Source: Thermotogota bacterium (GTDB lineage Bacteria > Thermotogota > Thermotogae > Petrotogales > Kosmotogaceae). From it: a stretch of 31,184 bases of DNA. The notes under the pieces are model-generated. The model made no database searches. It was not told the DNA's origin and saw nothing but the letters and a program-made list of their open reading frames with translations. Below are positions 8,125 through 17,670 of this stretch, in pieces. The DNA is taken from the NCBI GenBank assembly GCA_034660555.1, contig JAYEJL010000187.1, positions 1 through 31,184 on the forward strand, read 5' to 3'. The first letter of the stretch is position 1; the number at the start of each line of letters is the position of its first letter. The translations under genes were made by a program, and so were the position numbers.

Positions 8125-11100
8125 ATGAAAAAAGTGTTCCTATATTTAGTCATTCTTGTCATACCATTATCATTTGCTTTTGGATGGGATTATCTCGATA
8201 TAGATCCTCTATTATTGAATTATGATGGAACAACTGATTGGAGTCTGGGTTCATCCGAGTTGCTGAATTCCATATTAAGTATGGAACCTTATAATTTAGT
8301 AAAATCTTATGGTCTGAGTGTTGATAAAGATGAATTGAAGGAATTAACGGATGATGAACTTTATCGACTGATTCTCATTAGGGCAGATAATAAGAGTTAT
8401 CCACTGTTGATAAATTCAGATGGATTTGTTGTTAAAGACGAACAGAATCTTGAACTGCTTTATTCAGTGTTAACTGGTAAAATTCCTAACCCTTCAGAGA
8501 TTACAGCACTGTATAACAGTTCGGTGGAGATGGTTGATTCACTGGTTACAGCTATTAGACCACTTACTTACGGTTCAAGAAAATCACTGACTGACAAAGC
8601 CTTCAGATATTTGAACAGAATAAACTACGATACGGTTAAAAGCCTTATTGATTATGCATATACACGTGAAGAAGATTATTGGAAACTTGCTCTGTATGAT
8701 ACTGCCAATATTCTTTTGGAAAGAATTGAATTCTTAGACAATGTATTAACAAAAAATCACAGAACATTTGTTAGCGAAACGAATAAAACAGGTTCTTTGA
8801 ACGCTATCAAAGCTATGAATGAAATTGAACTTGTCTATCATGAAATAAAAAGTATTTATGAAGAAGTTAATCCTCAATTTCAGGATACGAGGAAAGAGAA
8901 TCTAATAAACATAAATAACACTTTTAAAACCTCAAAGATAAACAGATTAATTGTGAGAGATAAAGGCACACTGATACAAGAACTAATGGAAGAGCCAGAA
9001 GGACTTGTAAATCTTTTTGAACCGATGCTGGAAAAACATGAGAAAATTGGTGATTTTATCAAAGCTTTTGAATCGATGAAAGTTGCCATTCAAAAACTTC
9101 CCAAACTTGTTGTATCTCCAAAAAACAAAAGTGTAGTATTTCTTGAAGATAAGAAGTCAATTACCCTTATGTGGAGATATGTTTATCCCACAACAAAGCT
9201 TCCTGTATACACAATAAAATATTCAGAGGTAGGTAAAAAACCTCAGTCCTTTACTACCACTTCTAACAGCATGAGTATTCGTTTGAGTCCTTTCAAGGAA
9301 TACCTCTGGAGCATCACTGTTGATCAAGAAGAGACCCATGAGTTTGTCTTCAATACACTGGAAATGCTTCCAGAACTAAAAATCACCAATGTAAAACCAC
9401 AAAATCCTGTAAGAATAGAATGGACAGCATATGATAAATATGACCCGGAATATGTTGTAAAAATACCCGGTGTTGTTGAAGAGGAATGCACGAAAGACAA
9501 TTATTTTGAACAGGAACTTCCCGAGAATAAAGAATTCCGAGTAATAGTTAATGTTTTTTCTATTGATGGCATGAAGGTTGATATTGATGGAGCTGAAAAA
9601 GATTTTTATGTGCCATATTCATATCCCCTTATCAAACCATCTCCTACTGGAACAATTACGAGAGGTTTAACTGAATTCTCCTGGGAACTTGAAAAAAAAG
9701 TAGATGTAAATCAGTACATATTTAAATTGAAGGGACCATTAAATACCATTCGTGAATTGAACGAACAAAGCACAAAAGTAAATCTTGAGGATTTTGGTGA
9801 TTACCAATGGACTGTGGATGTTGTTACGGATAAAGGAAGATTGAGCAATTTAGATAGTAGTGGCGAAACAATGTACTGGGAAGTGACACTGGAAAATGAT
9901 CTTCCTGATATTGATATGGAACCGGCGGGAACGATTGTTACAAAAGAACGTGAAATCACAGTAAATGTTTCCGTTGAGGAAAGAGATGGTGATGAAGTAG
10001 AGTATGGAATAGAAAAATCAATATATCCTGATTTCTCTGATTTTGAGTTAGAGGGACCTCGAACAGGCGAGAAGAAATTTGATGATAATTTTCAGGTTGG
10101 CATTCCAATAGGCAGAGACTATTATATAAGAGCGTTTGCAGATGACGGTTATGATAGAGTTTACAGTAATGTGCTGAGAATTACCGGAAAATATTCCTGG
10201 ATAGGTAACAGTAGACCGGGTGATGAGCCTGCTACTACATACATATTGAACTGGGATGTTAAGGATCTGGTATTTAAAAATTTCAGGTTTAAAGTAGTTT
10301 TATCAGAAAAGGAAAATCCGGAGAAACCTATTGAATTATTAACTTCAAATAAACAAATCACTGTGAAGGATTTAAAACCGCATACCGAGTATAACTGGTA
10401 TATTGTTCTTTTGAAGACTAATGGCAGGGAAGAACTTTTCCCGAGTCCTGTATGGAGTTTTAAAACAGCAAACAGGAAACCTTATGTAGAATTTCTATCA
10501 CCCGAAGAAGGAAAAGCTGTAAATCCTTTAACGGGGAGCATTTCATGGGAAACAACAGATCCAGATGGAGATAGAATTATACAACAGAAAATTACTGTTA
10601 GAGAAGGAGAAAAGATCTTATTCAATGAATTAATCGATCCAGATGCTAATTCATTCAAATTCAGTGAATATGGTTTGAATTTGGATGAAAATAAGATTTA
10701 TAGATGTGAAATCACTGCTACAGATAGTCTTGGTGCAAGATCGGATACAAAGTCAAAAGAATTCATAACATCTCTTGTAACTCCAACCATCGATATAATA
10801 ATGCCTGAAAAAGGTACTACTGTGAATCCAGATGACGTTGTGGTTGATGTAAAACCGACAGATGTTAAAACCGCAGAGTTGACTTATAAAGTTTATTTGA
10901 ATGGTGATCTGGTACTTACTGAATACGAGCCCGGTTTTGTTCTGCCTCCAGAGGAAATACTGGGACACAATGAATATTTACTAGAATTAAAGATTGTTGA
11001 CGAACATGGATTGTCATCGACCAGTACAGTATCTTTCAAGACCATGAACCGCACACCGGAAGCACCGGAAATCGTTAAACCAGAAAATACAGAAGAGCCC

Positions 11101-14100
11101 TATGATTTAAAGAAAGGTATATCGTGGAAATGCTCGGACCGTGATGGTGATGAGCTGTCGTATAGAGTTACTATAACCAGACGTGGAGATAAATACCTCA
11201 GTTTGGATACCAATAAAACATTTATTGAACCTGAAAGAATGCCTGAACTAAAGGGTAATAGGACATATGACATAACAATTGAGGCGCTAGATGAATACGG
11301 TGGAATAAGCAGTAAAACGACAACAATTGAACAGATTAACACACCACCATCAATTGAACTCTTTGAACTTGAAGCTGAATTTGCACAGCAGGGACAAATC
11401 ATAAGTGTCAAAACTGATTACTTTGATAGAGACGGGGACGAATTAACTGCTATTTTGTACGTTAAAAATCAAGATGGCAGCCTTATAGAAGATTATGAGT
11501 TAGACAAAAAACAATTCACTGTTGAATTACCTGAAAGAGGAATCTATATCTTTGAGCTGGAGGTAACGGATGAATATAATGGTAAGACAACTGAAATAAA
11601 AGAACTACCATTGTTGAATAGAAGGCCACTAATAGAGATTTTTGAGCACTCTATAGAAAAAGGTGAAACTGGTTACGCATTGACAGTAAATCTTGAAATA
11701 ATCGATCCCGATGGAGATGAAGTTATAGTAAGTGGACAACTAAAAGGCGATGATGTAAGCAGAACACCTAAGATCAAAGAAAGCCAGCAGCAGATGAAGC
11801 AAAAATTCCAGGTTGTTTTCACCGGACTTAAGGGTCATTCGAAATATGAAGTATTTATTGAGGTATATGATAGTCCTCCAGCAGCATATGTTTCAAAATC
11901 GTCTAAGGTTTCGAGTTTAATTGAAACACCTAACTCTCCACCTGAAGTGATCTCATACAGTGTAATAAAGGATGAAGAAGGTTTTGTTGATTATAATGAA
12001 GCCAAATTTGTATGGAATGTTTTTGATTTTGATGGTGACGAAGTTAATAGTGAGATAGAAATATACAAGGGAGAAACCAGTAAGGGCAAGCTTTACAAGA
12101 GTTATACTACTGATGAAACAAGCTATACAGCAACAGATCTGGAACCTCATGAAGAATACTACTGGAGAGTTATTGCAAGAGATAACTACAATGCTGTTTT
12201 TAGTACCGATTTCAAACGTTTTGTAACGCTTAACAATAGACCTGAAATTGATTACTCAATAACCTTTGAGGGTATATATCCCGTAGTATCTATTGATTCA
12301 AATGATGTTGATGGTGATTTGTTGCAGTACGAAGTGAAATTATTTGATGGAGAGAAAGTGATATATGAGACGAAAACTGAAAAACAAGAAATTACCATAA
12401 ATAGTGAGAATTTAACTGGTCACCATTATTATTTAGTTGAAGTATCGGTAACTGATGTTCTTAGTGCAACGGAAAAATACGCCAAGCGTTCAAGTGTTGA
12501 GAAAGAAATAAAAACCCCAAATCGTGATCCTGTAATAAAAGAATTCAAAATCGTTGATACAAAAGGTAGGGATGTGACATCAGAACGTTTGAAAGGCATC
12601 ACCCGATATCCTGTATTTTCATGGATGGCAGAGGATCCTGATGGTGATGACATTTCTTATAAACTTGCTGTTGTAAACACTTCCACGGATGAAATAGTCG
12701 CTGAGAGTCCTTTAACAAATGACACTGCTTATTCAGTCAGGAAGATGTTAAAAGGTCATACACAGTATAAAGTAACACTTATCGCCCAAGATAACTTTGA
12801 TGGAGAAACGGCAACCTCTGTTTTGTTTGAAACGGAAAATGCTCCTCCATCGATTGCGAGCTTAATAAATCCTAAACCCGGGGTAGAAGAAATAACATCT
12901 GTACCAGAATTTGTATGGAAAGCTGAGGATCCTGACTGTGATGCTCTGAGATATCAACTTTACGTTTGGAAAGATGATGAAAAAGAACCTGAAGTTCCCT
13001 TTGCAAGTACAAATAATAGCAATTACGAATTGAGTAATAAAGAAAGGTTAAAGGGACACAGTCTATACTACTGGAAAGTGATTGCAAGAGATAATTTTGG
13101 TGGTTCTGATAGCGAAACAGCTACTTTCACTACGAGAAATGGAATCCCATCAGTGGAAAATATTGAAATTTCCAGTCAAGCGACGAATAATGTTCCCGCC
13201 TCTGTATGGGTTAAGTGGATTGGATATGATCCCGATGGTGACAGTTTAACCTATACTGTTGAATTAAAAAATATTACAGAAGAAAGGGTTACCATTAAAG
13301 AAAATCTTGAAGAAGAAATGACAGTATTTTCCAATCTCAAAGGGCACAGTAAATATGAAGTTATTGTATATGCAGAGGATGAATTTGGTGGAATCAACAG
13401 AAACAGTAAATACTTTGAAACGAAAAATAAGATTCCGATTACCAGACTCCAGGTACCCGAAATTATGGATTCCGGCTTTGTAAAAATCCACTGGAAGAGT
13501 TTTGATTATGATGGTGATGAATTGGAGCAGTTAATTACAATAAGTGATATCAGTACGGATAAACAAGTATTCTCAGATAGTGTTAATACAAAAAGCCTTA
13601 TATTACCGTTCTTACCTGGAAATCGCAAATACAGGGTAGAAATTAAGACAACTGATGGATTCGGTGGAATGGCAAGTGATGAAGCCATCTTCTATGTAGG
13701 TAATACTAAACCTGGAACTCCAAGAGCCTTTTCGCCTGCAGATGGTTCAAAGGTAAGAATGAATTTTGATACCTTCAGCTGGAGAGCAAATGATCTTGAT
13801 AATGACGATTTGAGCTACGATTTGATACTTGAAAATGTTTTCTCCGGTGAGTCGCTCAGGATTTCCAGAATACATTCAGAAACGATGCACTTTAATTTCC
13901 TGACACCTTTTACGCTTTATAGATGGCGTATTGTAGTGAATGATGGTTACGATGGTAGTTCTGATGGAGGATACTGGTATTTCCTCACAGATGGGGACCG
14001 TTATTCTTTAGATGGTGAACGCTATATCTCGATTTTTAAAGACAAAATTCTCGGGAAAGATTTCATTATGCTTGGTACGACAGACGGTAGACTCGTACTT

Positions 14101-14343
14101 TTCAACGAAGGAGATAGAATAACCCGTTTTGGCGAAATCAATCTTTTCAGTAGTGGTTTGAAGGAAATATCTTATTTTGAAAATAAAGAGTTGTTGGAAA
14201 AATTAGCGGTTGATATTCCTGAGAACATTAAACCTATAACCATTAGATGTAAAAGTGATTTCGGTACGGAAAAAGTGATTTTGATAACTGACCTGAACGA
14301 TCTTGTAGAAGGAAGAAATCTGTTTATCTATGATATTGAATAA
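8125..14343 (+). CDS. 2072-aa exported protein with tandem FN3/Ig-like repeats
   Basis: Signal peptide MKKVFLYLVILVIPLSFA. Repeating ~95-100-aa units follow N-x-x-P...W...DxDGD...Y...L-x-G/P-H-x-x-Y-x-W/V-x-V-x-A-x-D-x-x-G-G. No catalytic domain recognised. Confidence 0.85.
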   Translation: MKKVFLYLVILVIPLSFAFGWDYLDIDPLLLNYDGTTDWSLGSSELLNSILSMEPYNLVKSYGLSVDKDELKELTDDELYRLILIRADNKSYPLLINSDGFVVKDEQNLELLYSVLTGKIPNPSEITALYNSSVEMVDSLVTAIRPLTYGSRKSLTDKAFRYLNRINYDTVKSLIDYAYTREEDYWKLALYDTANILLERIEFLDNVLTKNHRTFVSETNKTGSLNAIKAMNEIELVYHEIKSIYEEVNPQFQDTRKENLININNTFKTSKINRLIVRDKGTLIQELMEEPEGLVNLFEPMLEKHEKIGDFIKAFESMKVAIQKLPKLVVSPKNKSVVFLEDKKSITLMWRYVYPTTKLPVYTIKYSEVGKKPQSFTTTSNSMSIRLSPFKEYLWSITVDQEETHEFVFNTLEMLPELKITNVKPQNPVRIEWTAYDKYDPEYVVKIPGVVEEECTKDNYFEQELPENKEFRVIVNVFSIDGMKVDIDGAEKDFYVPYSYPLIKPSPTGTITRGLTEFSWELEKKVDVNQYIFKLKGPLNTIRELNEQSTKVNLEDFGDYQWTVDVVTDKGRLSNLDSSGETMYWEVTLENDLPDIDMEPAGTIVTKEREITVNVSVEERDGDEVEYGIEKSIYPDFSDFELEGPRTGEKKFDDNFQVGIPIGRDYYIRAFADDGYDRVYSNVLRITGKYSWIGNSRPGDEPATTYILNWDVKDLVFKNFRFKVVLSEKENPEKPIELLTSNKQITVKDLKPHTEYNWYIVLLKTNGREELFPSPVWSFKTANRKPYVEFLSPEEGKAVNPLTGSISWETTDPDGDRIIQQKITVREGEKILFNELIDPDANSFKFSEYGLNLDENKIYRCEITATDSLGARSDTKSKEFITSLVTPTIDIIMPEKGTTVNPDDVVVDVKPTDVKTAELTYKVYLNGDLVLTEYEPGFVLPPEEILGHNEYLLELKIVDEHGLSSTSTVSFKTMNRTPEAPEIVKPENTEEPYDLKKGISWKCSDRDGDELSYRVTITRRGDKYLSLDTNKTFIEPERMPELKGNRTYDITIEALDEYGGISSKTTTIEQINTPPSIELFELEAEFAQQGQIISVKTDYFDRDGDELTAILYVKNQDGSLIEDYELDKKQFTVELPERGIYIFELEVTDEYNGKTTEIKELPLLNRRPLIEIFEHSIEKGETGYALTVNLEIIDPDGDEVIVSGQLKGDDVSRTPKIKESQQQMKQKFQVVFTGLKGHSKYEVFIEVYDSPPAAYVSKSSKVSSLIETPNSPPEVISYSVIKDEEGFVDYNEAKFVWNVFDFDGDEVNSEIEIYKGETSKGKLYKSYTTDETSYTATDLEPHEEYYWRVIARDNYNAVFSTDFKRFVTLNNRPEIDYSITFEGIYPVVSIDSNDVDGDLLQYEVKLFDGEKVIYETKTEKQEITINSENLTGHHYYLVEVSVTDVLSATEKYAKRSSVEKEIKTPNRDPVIKEFKIVDTKGRDVTSERLKGITRYPVFSWMAEDPDGDDISYKLAVVNTSTDEIVAESPLTNDTAYSVRKMLKGHTQYKVTLIAQDNFDGETATSVLFETENAPPSIASLINPKPGVEEITSVPEFVWKAEDPDCDALRYQLYVWKDDEKEPEVPFASTNNSNYELSNKERLKGHSLYYWKVIARDNFGGSDSETATFTTRNGIPSVENIEISSQATNNVPASVWVKWIGYDPDGDSLTYTVELKNITEERVTIKENLEEEMTVFSNLKGHSKYEVIVYAEDEFGGINRNSKYFETKNKIPITRLQVPEIMDSGFVKIHWKSFDYDGDELEQLITISDISTDKQVFSDSVNTKSLILPFLPGNRKYRVEIKTTDGFGGMASDEAIFYVGNTKPGTPRAFSPADGSKVRMNFDTFSWRANDLDNDDLSYDLILENVFSGESLRISRIHSETMHFNFLTPFTLYRWRIVVNDGYDGSSDGGYWYFLTDGDRYSLDGERYISIFKDKILGKDFIMLGTTDGRLVLFNEGDRITRFGEINLFSSGLKEISYFENKELLEKLAVDIPENIKPITIRCKSDFGTEKVILITDLNDLVEGRNLFIYDIE

Positions 14344-14362
14344 ATTGGAGGTATAGAACTGT

Positions 14363-15259
14363 ATGTTCCGTAATTTTGATGAAATGCTTCAATATGCCAG
14401 TAAATTGGAAACTCAAAAGGTTGCTTTGGTTGGTTCTGAAGATGAAGAAGGTCTCCGCGCATTGAAAAAGGCACAGGATTTGGGAATAGCTGAACCATTA
14501 CTAGTTGGAGGCAAAGAAAAAACATCTCAGATATGTGAAAAAATTGGACTTAATTGTGAGATAATCGATGTTTCTAATTCAGTTGAAGCTGCTGAAAAGG
14601 GAGTAAAAGCTATAAGAAACAATAAAGCACAAATTTTGATGAAGGGGCTTGTTAAGACATCTGTACTGCTTAAAGCTGTATTGAATAAGGAATGGGGATT
14701 ACGAAAAGGAGAGTTGTTAAGCCATCTGGCAGTTCTGGATGTTCCAGTAGTAGATCGACTGATATTTGTTTCAGACGGTGGTATGGTTATCAGGCCAGAT
14801 ATTAAAGAGAAAGTAGCAATAATCAATAACGCGGTCAGTTTCATGAACAATATTGGTTATGAGAATCCACATGTGGCCTTGCTTGCAGCTGTGGAAGTCG
14901 TAAACGAAAGCATGCCAGAAACACTGGAGGCCGCTGTTATTTCAAAAATGGCTCAACGCAGACAGTTAAAGAATTGCGAAATCGATGGGCCCCTTGCCCT
15001 GGATAACGCATTAAGTGAAATGGCAGCAAAGATAAAGAAAATTTCTGGTTCCGTAGCGGGTAATGCAGATTTGCTTGTAGTACCGGATATTCATTCGGGG
15101 AATATTCTTGGAAAATCAGCTATTTATCTTGCTGGTGGAACGATTGCAGGGATAATTCTGGGAGCAACAGTGCCGATTGTTATAGTGTCAAGAGCAGACG
15201 TAGCACGTTCAAAATTGGCATCATTGGCATTGTCTGCCATATCAGCGAGCAAGAACTGA
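14363..15259 (+). CDS. ptb: Phosphate butyryltransferase (PTA/PTB family)
   Basis: Motifs 'ILMKGLVKT', 'LLSH', 'SDGGM', 'AVEVVNESMPET', 'DGPLALDNA', 'AGNADLLVVPDIHSGNILGK', 'PIVIVSRAD'. SD GGAGG. Confidence 0.9.
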   Translation: MFRNFDEMLQYASKLETQKVALVGSEDEEGLRALKKAQDLGIAEPLLVGGKEKTSQICEKIGLNCEIIDVSNSVEAAEKGVKAIRNNKAQILMKGLVKTSVLLKAVLNKEWGLRKGELLSHLAVLDVPVVDRLIFVSDGGMVIRPDIKEKVAIINNAVSFMNNIGYENPHVALLAAVEVVNESMPETLEAAVISKMAQRRQLKNCEIDGPLALDNALSEMAAKIKKISGSVAGNADLLVVPDIHSGNILGKSAIYLAGGTIAGIILGATVPIVIVSRADVARSKLASLALSAISASKN

Positions 15260-15285
15260 TTTTATTAAACTCAATAATAGTATCT

Positions 15286-15311
15286 AGCCCGGTTAAGTGC
15301 CGGGTTTTTTT
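15286..15311 (+). terminator. Intrinsic terminator after ptb
   Basis: AGCCCGG-ttaagtg-CCGGGTT followed by a T run. Confidence 0.85.
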
Positions 15312-15440
15312 ATTAGAGTAATTATGGTCCGAAAGCATGGTTGAAGTTTTAGAGTCAATGCCTGTTTGGTTTTTTCATGGCTCCTCCTATAATATATTAA
15401 TACAGCAGCAAGGTGTTATGACGATTTTGGAGGGATATCT

Positions 15441-16301
15441 ATCCGCAGAGCTCTGGAAAATGGAATCAAGCTCAATGACAGGTACAAGATACTTGTATCC
15501 TTAGGTAGAGGGGGATTTGGATTAACTTACCTTTGTGAAGACTTGAAAACCGGAGAATATGTGGCTGTAAAAGAATTTTTTCCAGAAGGTGCTGTTCGCC
15601 GTAGTTCTTCAGTTGAACTTCCATCTAGTTCTGAATGGGACAACACTTTTGAAAAAATCGAACATTTTCTTGAAGAAGCTGAGCTGATATCCTTAATTGA
15701 CGATCCACGGATTGTTAAGGTAATAAGTGCGTTTAAAGAAAATAAAACCGCCTATTACGTGATGGAGTTTATACAAGGTAGAACACTTAGAAAATATGTT
15801 AATGAACGGGGATTTCTTTCTGACTTGGAGTTTAAAGAACTAATAGACGAAATTGGTAAAGGATTGCAGACAATTCATAGTAAAGGAATACTTCACGGAG
15901 ATTTGAAACCATCCAATATCCTGATTACTGATAAAGAAAAGGCTGTCAAAATAACTGATTTTGGAGCAGCTTCATCAATTGGTTCGCTTTACAGAGGGTC
16001 TATAGGCAATATAGTTTCCAGACATTATTCTGCACCTGAACGTTTCACTCAGGAAATGATACTCACAGTTCAGTCAGACATTTATTCTATGGGTGCGATT
16101 ATTTATTTTATGGTTACAGGTCAGGATCCTTTACCTGCTACAAACAGACTTAAAGGTGAAAAAATGAAGTTTCCTCCGATTTCAAAAAAATTAAAAAAAG
16201 CAATTGAAAGATCGATGAAACTTCTCCCTCAAAACAGATTCCCCGATGTTAGAAGCCTTTTAAAATACCTGGATTCACCCATAAGATATCTCTTTTCATG
16301 A
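15441..16301 (+). CDS. Hanks-type Ser/Thr protein kinase (soluble, kinase domain only); start probably non-canonical ATC
   Basis: In-frame extension upstream of the ORF-track TTG reads (I/M)RRALENGIKLNDRYKILVSLGRGGFGLTYLCEDLKTGEYVAVKE. Downstream motifs are HGDLKPSN, DFG, YSAPE and SDIYSMG. SD GGAGGG is at 15429-15434. Confidence 0.9.
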   Translation: MRRALENGIKLNDRYKILVSLGRGGFGLTYLCEDLKTGEYVAVKEFFPEGAVRRSSSVELPSSSEWDNTFEKIEHFLEEAELISLIDDPRIVKVISAFKENKTAYYVMEFIQGRTLRKYVNERGFLSDLEFKELIDEIGKGLQTIHSKGILHGDLKPSNILITDKEKAVKITDFGAASSIGSLYRGSIGNIVSRHYSAPERFTQEMILTVQSDIYSMGAIIYFMVTGQDPLPATNRLKGEKMKFPPISKKLKKAIERSMKLLPQNRFPDVRSLLKYLDSPIRYLFS

Positions 16302-17156
16302 TTTTTCAATAATCTCTTTTAGCTCACCGAGAACTTCTCTTATAGGTTTATACTCTATTTGTTGAACAGTTTCTTTAAAAAGATGATTGCTGTATTTTAT
16401 GGCTTCAGATAGTGATAAACGATCCAAAATAGTAGGTTTATTTAATTTTTGATCCTTACTTGGCGTTTTGCCAAGTATTTTACTGGTTCCCGTGACATCT
16501 TTGATGTCATCCATTATCTGAAAACAAATACCAAAATTATTACCTATTTCTTCATATTGTTTGGCCTTGTCGAATACACCTTTAAAGATGAAAGGTGAAG
16601 AAAAGCAAAATCCAAAAAGGGCCCCTGTTTTAAGCTTGTGTATTTCATCAAGAATGTTTTTATTATGATTTTCATATCGTATATCAAGATATTCGCCCAA
16701 TACAATATTTTCTGCTGAGTTGTTCCACAATTTATTCAATTCAATAATGCGTTCAGGATCTGCATTCAATGAGTTAATTAAATGATTTGCGTGAAGCATC
16801 AGGTAGTCTCCGGCGAGTAGTGCTTCACCTTCACCGTAAACAGTGTGAAGTGAAGGTTTTCCACGTCTGAGCTTGTCGTTATCTATAGCTGGCAAATCAT
16901 CATGTATCAAGCTGGCGCTGTGGAATATTTCTACTGCCAACTCTAAAGGCAAGATTGTATGTTCTTCAATTTCTAACTCTTCCGAAAATAAGTGAATTAA
17001 ATACGGTCTAAGTCTTTTTCCTCCTGCGAGGGGAGTGTACTCTATTGTTTTTTTGAATTCAAGAGGCATGTCTTTATTCTCGAAATAATCTTTTAGTTTT
17101 TTATCGAAGTTATTTGCGAATTTATCAAACTTTGTCTTCATCAGAATCATCATCAT
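16296..17156 (-). CDS. ispA: Polyprenyl diphosphate synthase (FPP/GGPP synthase family)
   Basis: Motifs 'GGKRLRP', FARM 'ASLIHDDLPAID', 'RRGKPS', 'LKTGALF', SARM 'FQIMDDIKD'. Exact start among several ATGs (17156-17141) is uncertain. Confidence 0.93.
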   Translation of the reverse strand: MMMILMKTKFDKFANNFDKKLKDYFENKDMPLEFKKTIEYTPLAGGKRLRPYLIHLFSEELEIEEHTILPLELAVEIFHSASLIHDDLPAIDNDKLRRGKPSLHTVYGEGEALLAGDYLMLHANHLINSLNADPERIIELNKLWNNSAENIVLGEYLDIRYENHNKNILDEIHKLKTGALFGFCFSSPFIFKGVFDKAKQYEEIGNNFGICFQIMDDIKDVTGTSKILGKTPSKDQKLNKPTILDRLSLSEAIKYSNHLFKETVQQIEYKPIREVLGELKEIIEKS

Positions 17157-17670
17157 CTTTTCTACGTAGATAGCGTTTAAAGTCTTCTACCTGAATGTTT
17201 TCAATGAATTGCTTAAATTCTTCATTATTCCCTTTTTTTGTAGTTTGTCCTGGATAGTCTTCTCCAAGCTTTTGAAGGTCTATGGCGCTTTGTTCAAAAA
17301 CCTCTTCTTCAACATAGATAGGGAAACTGGATTTCACTGCTAGCACAAGACAATCTGAAGGTCTTGCATCAATTGTAAGGGTTTCGCCATTTTCTTTGGT
17401 TAAATAAAGAGATGCGTGGTACACATCTTCCTCTATTGAATGAATTATTGCCTTCTCAATAGTTGCATTCAGCGAGGTTAAGCAATTTAACAACAAATCA
17501 TATGTTAACGGTCTGGGCAATTCTTTACCGCTTACCGCTAGAGCGAGTGATTCAGCTTCGAAACGTCCTATCCATATCCCAAAACCTCTATCAGATTTTT
17601 CTGTTTCCAATATGACTACGGGTGTATTTGTCTGATCGATAGCAAGGCCTCTAATTCTAACTTTTAGCAT
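17125..17670 (-). CDS. Bifunctional nuclease family protein (DUF151)
   Basis: Motifs 'PVVIL', 'IWIGRFEA', 'PRPLTYDL', 'IDARPSD', 'PIYV'. ATG at 17670 follows SD AGGGAG. Confidence 0.92.
   Translation of the reverse strand: MLKVRIRGLAIDQTNTPVVILETEKSDRGFGIWIGRFEAESLALAVSGKELPRPLTYDLLLNCLTSLNATIEKAIIHSIEEDVYHASLYLTKENGETLTIDARPSDCLVLAVKSSFPIYVEEEVFEQSAIDLQKLGEDYPGQTTKKGNNEEFKQFIENIQVEDFKRYLRRKDDDDSDEDKV

Noticed and set aside
9100..13990. Recurring GATGGTGA/GATCCAGATGG motifs as a DNA repeat array (CRISPR or DGR-like)
   Set aside because: These are short codon-level echoes of the DxDGD protein motif in an intact ORF. There are no identical long repeats with spacers and no cas or reverse transcriptase gene.
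15355..15390. Minus-strand AGGAGGAG followed by ATG, encoding MKKPNRH*
   Set aside because: Only 7 codons, short SD spacing, and no downstream gene on that strand. It may be a relic or chance and cannot be supported as a feature.
15543..16301. Calling the kinase a 5'-truncated pseudogene
   Set aside because: The missing subdomain I is present in frame upstream with an SD, and the key catalytic residues (Lys, Asp, DFG) are intact. A non-canonical start is the simpler explanation, pending read and orthologue checks.
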